Origin: Laetmonice hystrix
Taxonomy: Eukaryota
Assembly: GCA_965235115.1 (NCBI GenBank)
Contig: OZ249436.1
Location: 9,116,001 to 9,180,000, forward strand
Direction of reading: 5' to 3'
DNA length: 64,000 nucleotides
Shown here: piece by piece, positions 1-10,900 of the stretch
Numbering within the stretch: the stretch's first letter is position 1
Layout: each line of letters starts with the position of its first letter
Position numbers and translations under genes: made by a program
Notes under the pieces: model-generated
The model's database searches: none
What the model saw: only the letters and a program-made list of their open reading frames with translations
What the model was told of the DNA's origin: nothing

Positions 1-1922
1 GTGACCATGACTAAGTGTGGGATTAAGTGATTGGATGATATGTGGTTTTAGTGCCCAGAGACCTCTGCCTGTGATGATCTGAAGATTAACAACATTATAA
101 GTAGGTGACGGGCAGAAACTGATCGGTTAGATAAGGTAGATCTTAGCTAGAACGATATATAAAAGACATACGCCCTCATAGCAATGACGTAAACTGGGAG
201 GTAACATAGAAATGACCTGATTTTCTAAAGGTGTTTCAAGTAGAAGATCTGGAGAATAATATAAGAAATGCATAGATCTACAATATCAGAAAATTATGCG
301 AAAATTAAGGGGATTCAGTGTTAATAAAGTGAATGCTAAAACAACTCAGATGTTTCTAAGTAATTTAGTAAATGGAAAAAGGAAGGTTTATGTTTGAATG
401 GCATTGTAATGTTTCAGGTGTGGAGAGGAGTATGCCCTTGGTGGGCATATAAACAGATTCACCATATGGTACACCTTCTCACTGCTGATACGTCTATTAA
501 CCACACCTAGATGTGGAACTGCTTACAATTTCTTTCACTAACACAAGTGGCATTGTTATGCGTGTTAAGGCTCTTTCTGTGGAGAAAGAGGATAAGGCTG
601 TTGACCTAACAAGGCATGTTGTTTTCTTTCATACTTCCTATGGTTTAACGGGAAAACCATACCGTTAAGGCCTTTAGAGGGTTAATAGTTTGTACTTTGA
701 GAATACTTTTAGTGTCATGCAGGCAGAGCTAAGATTTATCTCTCTTGCTATGAAATATGACTTTAGGAGTAGAGCGAGAGTTTTGGTAATAAAGATTTAA
801 GTGAACTTTGAGACCTTCTTTTACACAGATTGCATGCTTAGTGAAAGTTGTATAATATTAGCACTAAAGTAAAGCTTGAGATATCATGTAGGAGACCCTT
901 GAAATATTTAACAATAAAGTCTTTAATACTGTCATACAGAACTAAATGATTCGTCTTTCCAAATGCCAAATCAGGTATTCAATCTCAGGACGAAATATAA
1001 AGCTTTTTATTTATAAGTCAATAATTAAAACAGCAGTCCCACTTTTTAAAGTACAATGTACCGAGTAGTAGTTATATCCACCCAGTCTGAGTCTGTCAGG
1101 TGGATATGGTTATTGACGCCACATACGGTCTCAGACACCAGGACAAATACCAAACCCCAGTGTTTTAATGTAATACAATTCCATCAGAATTTTGTTTTAA
1201 AAAAATGGGGGAAAATAAAGCAGGATTTGCGGTGATGGTTCTTAAAAAAACTGCACAGTGTAGCGTAGCCGCCAGACACGCAGTTCTATATCTGGATTTC
1301 TCCTAGGCAGGACATGGCCATGCTTTCATGGCTGTCCTTGTGTGCTTGGATCTTTAACCTCGAGTTGCATGTCGTCATTGAGGCCGTTTTGCCTGCTAGT
1401 CTACCTACTTCCAAACGTTGAGGCTGAAGTCGCTTGATGTTGACATTGTCTGGTTCATTATTTTTATGGCCCTTCCCATCAGATGATTGTTGGACGTGTG
1501 TGTTACAGAAAACAGTTTATACTCGATATATATGCTGATGTACTATGGTTGGTACAGCATGAGAGGTGTTTACAGCCACTGGTACAGTGTTGCCAGCTGC
1601 AGTAAAGGGTTCAGTGGTAACGGTAGCCCGGAACCTAATAAAATCCAGACCTGAAACATATGTTAGCACTACCATTGTGGCATACAGCCATGTTAGGAGT
1701 GTTGTAACAGAGGTATTGTTACCTGAGTTTGTGAGAGGACAACTGTAAAGTAAAACATTAGTTTGAGAAGCACAGTGAGAGCACATTGGTGATTGATTTT
1801 GATGGCTTATATCATGATGTAATTACTTGAATTTTACTGGCTGATAATATCAATGATATGCAGATGGTTTCATATTTAAAATACATCGTCTAAGTGTTTG
1901 TTTGTTTTTTTATTTGGTGTAG

Positions 1923-4900
1923 GATTTCGACAACGATGAGTCGTTTGTGGTTGAGCCTCCCCCAGCCGGGCCAGTGGGTGAGTTCTCCATGTACCCGCCG
2001 GTTGAGAGCACACCAGATCCCATGGGTTCGGGGCTCGTTTACTTTGAGCCTCTCCCCGATATCACCAAGCTGAAGCCAAGGGTGAGCAATGCCACGGTTC
2101 TCCGACCTAAAGTGGGCGTGGTTAATGCGCGCCTGCTCGACCGGGAAGATAGTGATGATGGTCTTGAGGATTTCCCACCGCGAGACAACATCCAAGACAA
2201 AATGAAACTGCAGGCACTTGTCAGTAAGTAAACAGCATTATATACATACTTGTTGGGGCTCAAATATACTTTATTTGATTTTGTACTGATGAGAGTTTTG
2301 CAAATAAAATTGTATAGCTAATCTCTTCAAGCAAACATACTGAAGGACAAGTTTATAGATTTTATATTTCTGGCTAGAAAAACAAAGCTTTTATAAATTT
2401 CTTTTTTGTGAAAAATTAAGTAGTGCTATTTTGTGAAACTACCAGCATAACATGGCCACTTCAGAATGAAGGATAGATCATTTGGCAGCATTCGTTTACT
2501 GGACATACGTGTATGAATGTCAGTAATGTCCCGTGTTTATGAAGTACGGATGTGTTAGAATATCCTTGCTACTATTTACAGACCAATTATCTAAGTCTCC
2601 CACCCTCACTGGGGTGGAGCCTGTCGATACGGGTAACTATCTCATCAATAATCAGAAACCTAATCTGTGTACAGGTAGTTTTACCCATTGACACTCCAGG
2701 TTAAGAGTCTAATGTTTATACTAGATGTAGGATCATAACGGCTCTAACTTGAGTGATGCAGGTTCGCAATACAAGTGATTATGGATCTGACTTGTAAGCT
2801 ACCTGGTACTAATCCCCTGCCTAATTTTAAATTTACACTGAAATTTAAGAATTTTTATCTGGGTCTTATCGACTTATCTTTTGGTTTATAATACATTCTG
2901 ATATAAATAAATAAGTACTTATTGTGTACAGTCACCAGTTCAAGTTGAAATAACTTATTTAACAGTGGATATGGCACTAATTGTAGTAAACTTCAAGATA
3001 ACCTGTTTGGAAATATACGTTGTGATTGTCCTGTCTTTCCATAAAAACTTATCAAACTTATCATGTTTGACATTTGGAAACTTTGATAGCCTCTTCCTAG
3101 CCGAAACTACTTAGTTTAAATATTATGTGCCTCAGAAAATACCATGTACATGGATTTCTTCAAGGTAGCTTTAAAATGCAGTATGGAATACCGTACCCTT
3201 TTTCTAATACATTTTCCACACGTGGATGATTTATATGCTGTGTGACAGTGTGGTTTCTGAACCCCAAAATGCTGTATACACAGCACAGAAATGTCATGAT
3301 GCATTGGGTTGTATGTGCACGAGGTTGTCATGGATTTGAGTTGATGTGTGGTTTTCAGTTGTTGTATCGTCCTTGAGTTGATTTTGTGGTCTATGGTTTT
3401 TTGTTTGTTTTGAAGCTATGTGTTTTGAGGATCTACCTAACATTTGGAGGTGTTATGCTCATGTCATCTTTGTTTACTCCATGCATTGCTATCTGTTGAT
3501 TAACTCACATGTGGCACAAGGACTGTCAGTCTCTTATCATGCAATGTTAAAAGGGGAGCTCATGGCACCTGATTGGAATTGCAGTTCAATGCCAACCAAT
3601 AGATTCCATGACCTCTATTTTCAACTTTATGTTATCTTGGCATACCAGTGCATTCACCTTTCTTTCTGCAGCTTTCAATGTAAATTTTTGTCTTGAAATA
3701 ACTTGTTTTCTGTTCTACCCCCCCCCCCCCTCAATTCCCACAAGTTAAGTAATGGGGCTGCTGAAACATCAAGTGCTGTCAAAAATCTACCACCTTGACG
3801 TATAAGACCAAATAGAATGAGATCTTTATCGATTTACAATGGGATGATCCCATAGATTGTCCACATAGGAGATTTTTTAATGAGACAGTTGAGAATAGCG
3901 TACACCCCTTGAGATATCCTTAGTTAAACTGTAGGAAGGTGGCTAAAAGCCTGTTTGAGCTCCCATAAAGAATATATTTTCTGAGCTAACGTTCAACCAG
4001 AGTCAGAGACCAGAAGGAACAACCACAGGTCAAAATCAAAATGTCTCTTCTGGTGTACTGGAAGTAGTACAACAGCATATTAGTGCCACAAAATATTTTT
4101 TAATCGCATTGTAAAATTTAAATTTCATAATTACAACTTTAAATCTCGTTATTACAACTGTTAATCTCAGTATTTCAACGTTATTCTCGTAGTTATGACT
4201 TCTTATCTCGTTAGTACGATTCATATTCCTGTAATTAAGAATTTTGATAAAAATCATGATGACAAGATAAAAAGTCATAATTACAAGATTAAAAGTCATA
4301 ATAACAAGTCTTTAAGTCATTATTACAAGATTTAAAGGCACAATTACGAGATTTAAAGTAGTAATAGGTAATAAGATTTAAAGTCGTAATGACCAGATTT
4401 AAAGTCATTTTTACGAGATTTAAAGGTGTAATTACAAGATTTAAAGGTGTTATTTTGAGATGTAAAAAAATATTTTGTGGCACTAAAATGCTGCTGTAAT
4501 GCAGAACCAAAATCACAAATTTTATGTATTTCGTCCTGTCAGCACTGCAGTTGTAATATGACTATTTTTTTGCATAAAGCGATCATCGTCAGTATCATAG
4601 AAAGTAATTAGAAATGCTTAGAAAGGAATGTTCCCCACGGTCCCATGTCGTGAGCACGGCTGCTGTAAACGTAGCCAGCACCCGTTGTTGTACGGCGGGA
4701 GGCATGCACATAAATCCACAGTCATGCACTAGCACCACCGACACAACTCCTCCCCTGTCTAAGCTGGTTTCTGTGTCTACAATCTATCCTGTCCCCATTT
4801 TTACGCCAATATTTTTTTTATCTTTACTCCATTGTTGCAGCAAGGATAAAGAAAGGTAACAGCACCACTAACCATGAAAGCACATGAGTGGGATGGGTGG

Positions 4901-7900
4901 ATGGGTGGGGGTTGTTGTTAGTTTTGGTTCCATACTAATCTTTTCTTTGTCTCATATCGTTTGCTGTCACATAGATAAACCATATCTCTTGCACTGACCT
5001 ATTAACTTTTTTTCCCCAGTAATTCTCTTTGGTGTTCCTGGACATTTCAATATTTTGTTCTCAGTTATGGGCAGAAGTTAGGAGGGGTCTGATCTTTATC
5101 TTACAGTTACACCTGTATTTTATCAAAAAATCCCTAATTACAAACCATCTCAAGTGTATTAGTTTACCTTTTTTTAAAGAAAATACATATTTTTGTTTGA
5201 ATGATTTATCTGTTTTTGGGGGGTTATTTTGCCAGAGCAGTAAAAATGTCAATGTTATATTCACGCAGTTGGCTTGTTGTGAGCAGATGTCAATATCCAA
5301 TGAGTCCAAAAATCAGACAGCCTGGAAGTTTGTACCGGCTACATGTGACATGTATGGGGGGGGGGGGGGGTACAGCAATATGTGTGCTGGCTTGTATTCA
5401 CACAGTCAGTACCAGTGGCGGCTAGAGCCTACCCACCATTTAAACCACAAAGAGATCAGACAGTTGAAAGGTTGGGTTCTATTTGTAGGAAGTGTAATGC
5501 ATTCAGTTACGTTTTCATGGTTGAATGATGTTTTAACGTGTTTTAATTTATTTTCGTTTCATTTATTGTTGTGCAAATGAGATATACAAAAAGTGTTCCC
5601 GTGGGAATATGTTGGACTGTAATAGGAGAGTTCAACCATGAGCATGTGTTGTACTGAAGTGCTAAGTGTGAATGCTATAATAATGTATGTTCTGGGGGTC
5701 GTTTCACAAAGACTGTACGAGCTCGTATATGGCCTTATAGCTCGTAAAGAAGCAAAAACTCGTACATTTTGCTATTGTGATCTCTAGAAAATACGAGCTC
5801 GTAAAATACGAGTGTTTAGTGAAACAGGCCCCAGATCCTTACAAATGGATAGTACCGGGTAACTTGTGTGGCAGGGAAGATTTTTTTTTTACATCTTGAA
5901 GTATCAGTGAAAGGCAGTCCTTGATAATATTGTGATACACTAAATAATACATGTACACATTACAATCAACATTATTGTCCCACTACATTTTAAAATGTTA
6001 GATGTTAGATACAATGATTCTAACCAGGCATCAGTAGTGGTCGATCCATAGCTGTTTTTATTATCTATACATGTCCCAATATACAAAATAAGTTCTAGTG
6101 GTTCTTTGTTTCGGAATTTATTGTCTCGTTTTTTTCATCATGGTTATTTTGTGTTGTATCTATTGCAGCCAACAGTCGCAACCAGCTTCCACGCAGTCAG
6201 CTTCAGTATATCAAAGAACTAGGCACAGGTTACTTCGGAAAGGTAAGAGAATATGGCTGCTATCCTCATTTTCAAAATTCAAGGTACAAATAGCAATTTC
6301 ATTGCCAATTTTAGATTTCTTAATTATACGATTTGTTTGATCTGTACCATAATATCTGTTGAGGGATTTGTTGGTATTTAGTTTTTGTTCCCCCAAAAAA
6401 TAAACTGGAAGGTAATCACCTACCCAGACTTTATTTTACATTTCAACTTATAAAGAAACATTATTTATAAGGTAAAACTGTTTTAACTCAAAACTGGTAC
6501 TCTCTTCTGGCTCACAAGGGTGAAGGTTTTTGCATTTGGGTCTAAAAATCAAATCGTGGTAAAATATTTATGGTGATCTTTGTACATGATTGCAACCAAC
6601 TGGTTTTGTCGTTGCTGATATTTTTTTGTAATTTTTATTAATATTTGGTCAGCAGTGGTAGTTAGAAGTAACTGTTGCTAGTAGAGTTGTAGTTGTAGCA
6701 CACTACAGTCTGTTCGCTTTAAGAAGAGCACGGGGATATTCATGACCCTCCCGCCCCACTCCTCCAGCGTGTCCAATAACAGGCCGTGGGCCGTAACGGC
6801 TGCCCGCGGGAGGATGTAAAGCTGGGGTGAGCACTCCATTTGGGGTAATACAGAACCACATGGAGTTTGGTGCCATTCTTGAGTGACAAGCAGTGGTGAC
6901 TTGTGATACGCCAGCTGTGGGTAGCCGGGAGGAGGGGGCAGGTCACAGCTTATAATGAGGCCGGGGTCAAGCTCTTCTTAGAGCGAACAGACTGTAATGT
7001 AACGCATATTTGTATATGGTATGTAGTTTCAGTTTCCTTGATGTAGGAAAACCATTGGTTATAAAGGACTATCATGTAATTGGTCAAAATATAAATTAGT
7101 AGGAACCCAGAGCAGGCTCTACACATGGTTGCTTACTTGTCCATGTAAACATTTCAGCATGATTCTACAATGGAGGTAACTTAGGTGCTATAAGCCTTTG
7201 TGGCCAACCATAGGTTAAGGTGACCATCAATTAAGTGGAACAAAAGGCAATGAACACTATGTAGAAACTCTAATAACAGTTATGGTAAGCCTTAAAGGTA
7301 CGACTAACATACAGTCATTAGGAGAATCGCTAATATTCTTGCATGTTATTGATATGCACCATTGTTTCAAATCTGAGGATCAGTTTTGCAATGCATGAAA
7401 TAGGAAAGCTAGAAGCATATTTTTAAGCTAATTCTTTTTAGTCATCAGACTGGGAATGTGTGACAAAATAGGTTTCTGTCTTGTAGATGTCTAAGAATGA
7501 GCCAGAACAAATAGATATTACGTTATTGCTCTGCATTAAGTAGTTACCAAATACCTCATTAGGAATGTGCCTGGTTGCGAAGAGAGATGTAGGTTAAAAC
7601 ATTGGTCCTTTTGCAAGAATTATACCCTAGAACCCGCCTAGCTCAGAAACAGCCGTTCAGTTTACAAATGCCTTATCCTTGCATGTCCACTCTACTACCT
7701 GTGTTAGGTGTTAGTAGAAAACAGATCTTTACTCACTGATCTCATGTTCTGACAGGTAGATTTTTCAAGACAAAAATAGCGCATAGTGAATCCTCTAAGG
7801 GATTTCTGGTTAGGTTGGGGATGACCAGGAAGAGAGAAGGGGGTGTAATGTAGACTGCTAGAGGCAAACTGAAACCAAAGGCACATAAAAGTAAGCCACA

Positions 7901-10900
7901 TCTTAGAACTGCAGTCAGGTAATCTCATTACAGAAGCCACCGTCATGATGATAGGCAAGATGAAAGTCTATGTATAAATATGTGCCAGTGGTATTCTGGC
8001 AGGGCGGCCTGTGTGCCCAAAGAGCTGCACCGATACAGTAATACAATATGCATTAACTTGGTTGCTTTGTATCAACAATAAATGATAGTTTTGTATGTGA
8101 TACATGATAGCATCGTTATAATCCATGATGTAGTGTGATTAGACTTCCCACTTGAACTATATCACATCAAAACAAGAGTATAGATAATATATAACTTTCA
8201 TACAGTTAAAGTTATACCAAAAATTCCTCAGATACTTACCTTTGAACCTCAGGGACACCATGTTAAAATTTCAGGGTCGAGCGATAAGCAAAAGTATGTT
8301 AAATGCAGGATGGAAAAATATATCTCTGTTGGCTTCCACGCCAGTTCCACTGCCATACTGTGTGATCTATAAATAGATTACCACTAGTTCCCAGCCTGCG
8401 CTGGCTTGAGAAAATTGTGGACGGGTTGAACAATAACTCGGGGCCCTAACATATATCCACTTTTAAAATACTTTCACTTATCGCTCGAACCTGCATTTTT
8501 AACATGGTGTCCCTGGGGTTCAAAGGTAAGTATTTGAGGAATTCACTTTAAGTCCAAAACATTGTTATATCAGTGGATAAATTGAGGTGGAGAGAGACTC
8601 ATTCTTAGACTTAACTGCTTGAAGACATCTGATAGTCCGAATCATTAAGGGGTTAGAATAATTTCTTTCAGACACAGGTAAAATCCTAACCCATCTCTGT
8701 TTTTACCTGTTTTTGTGCATCGATTGTTTTTGAGGTATCATCTTTCATAAAACAAGTTTGTAAGGAAGAGTGACCATTTTTAAGTTTGCATGGCCATTGA
8801 TGCTGATGGTGTCAGTGGATGTTCGCAATTGTGCAGACCATGCTGTTCATACAGGACATGTAATTGAGATAGGCAGGACTTAAAAGTTTATTCCAGTTGG
8901 CAGAATGAACAATACACAAGTTGACGAGAAGGGTGAGGAGGGGAGGCAAGAGTGTGCTCTATCGGGACAAGTTGTGTGTTGTTACAGTAAATGGACAGTT
9001 GGTTAGTGTGAGGAGGGAAGGCGAGAGTGTGCTGTATTGGGACATGTTGTGTGTTGTTACAGTAAATGGACAGTTGGTTAGTGTGAGGAGGGGAGGCGAG
9101 AGTGTACTGTATTGGGACATGTTGTGTGTTGTTACAGTAAATGGACAGTTGGTCAGTGTGAGGAGGGGAGGCCAGAGTGTGCTCTATCGGGACAAGTTGT
9201 GTGTTGTTACAGTAAATGGACAGTTGCTTAGTGTGAGGAGGGGAGGCGAGAGTGTACTGTATTGGGACATGTTGTGTGTTGTTACAGTAAATGGACAGTT
9301 GGTCAGTGTGAGGAGGGGAGGCGAGAGTGTGCTGTATTGGGACATGTTGTGTGTTGTTACAGTAAATGGACAGTTGGTCAGTGTGAGGAGGGGAGGCGAG
9401 AGTGTACTGTATTGGGACATGTTGTGTGTTGTTACAGTAAATGGACAGGTGGTCAGTGTGAGGAGGGGAGGCGAGAGTGTGCTGTATTGGGACATGTTGT
9501 GTGTTGTTACAGTAAATGGACAGTTGGTAAGTTTGAGGAGGGGAGGCGAGAGTGTGCTGTATTGGGACATGTTGTGTGTTGTTACAGTAAATAGACAGGT
9601 GGTCAGTGTGAGGAGGGGAGGCGAGAGTGTGCTGTATTGGGACATGTTGTGTGTTGTTACAGTAAATGGACAGGTGGTCGGGGGAGGAGGGGAGGCGAGA
9701 GTGTGCTGTATTGGGACATGTTGTGTGTTGTTACAGTAAATGGACAGGTGGTCAGTGTGAGGAGGGGAGGCGAGAGTGTGCTGTATTGGGACATGTTGTG
9801 TGTTGTTACAGTAAATAGACAGGTGGTCAGTGTGAGGAGGGGAGGCGAGAGTGTGCTGTATTGGGACATGTTGTGTGTTGTTACAGTAAATGGACAGGTG
9901 GTCGGGGGAGGAGGGGAGGCGAGAGTGTGCTGTATTGGGACATGTTGTGTGTTGTTACAGTAAATGGACAGGTGGTCAGTGTGAGGAGGGGAGGCGAGAG
10001 TGTGCTGTATTGGACCATGTTGTGTGTTGTTGCTGCAGGTGCTCCAGGGGGTGGAGGGGAGGCGAGAGTGTGCTGTATTGGGACATGTTGTGTCTTGTTA
10101 CAGTAAATGGACAGTTGTTCAGTGTGAGGAGGGGAGGCGAGAGTGTGCTGTATTGGGACATGTTGTGTGTTGTTACAGTAAATGGACAGGTGGTTAGTGT
10201 GAGGAGGGGAGGCGAGAGTGTGCTGTATTGGGACATGTTGTGTGCTGCAGGTGCTCCAGGGGGAGGGACACAAGATCCTGCCTGGGTACAAGAAGACGAA
10301 GGTGGTCATTCAGATGCTCAATGAGGAGTCGGATCCACATGATCAGCTGACGTTCCTGCAGGAGGCGGCCCCATACAGGTCAGTATCTCACACCAAGTAC
10401 TACGTTATAAAGATCAGTGCTACTACAGTTATAGATAAAGCATTCAGATGTATGAAATTGAACAAACATCACTGTTTGCTTAGTCCCAGTAGGCACGTCC
10501 TACTTCTCCGAGCTTTAATGTGATTGTCCCACATGCAAAATATTATACAGGATTGGCAGATGTTGGTGGAGTGTTTTTTTGTGTGTGGTCTGGAATGGTC
10601 GTAGCTGTTTCAAATTCGCTGTAACCTAAACGTGACTGGCACCATCTGGAACAGTAATGCTTTTCCCATATTTTGTTTTCCAGTCTATCTTATCTAGTAT
10701 ATTTTAAAAGGTTAACAGCACTCAGATCTTATGAATGTATGTTTTCTCACAACAGAGAGATTGACCATCCCAATGTACTGAAGGTACTTGGACAATGTGT
10801 GGAAACAACACCATACCTGGTTGTACTGGAACTCTGCCCATTTGTAAGTAAATTAAGGTTGTGTCTAAACTTTAATATTATGTCACGTGAAAGCTTATAA

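Noticed and set aside
1307..1421. Possible LMTK first coding exon (MAMLSWLSLCAWIF..)
   Set aside because: Hits a stop with no convincing in-phase donor to 1923 and lacks the expected transmembrane/Cys segment.
8231..8241. GATACTTACCT resembling the U1 snRNA 5' end
   Set aside because: Part of a MITE inverted arm; the rest of U1 is absent.
8921..10324. 272-aa and other ORFs made of 25-aa repeats
   Set aside because: By-product of a 75-bp (multiple of three) intronic minisatellite; open on both strands with no protein-like features.
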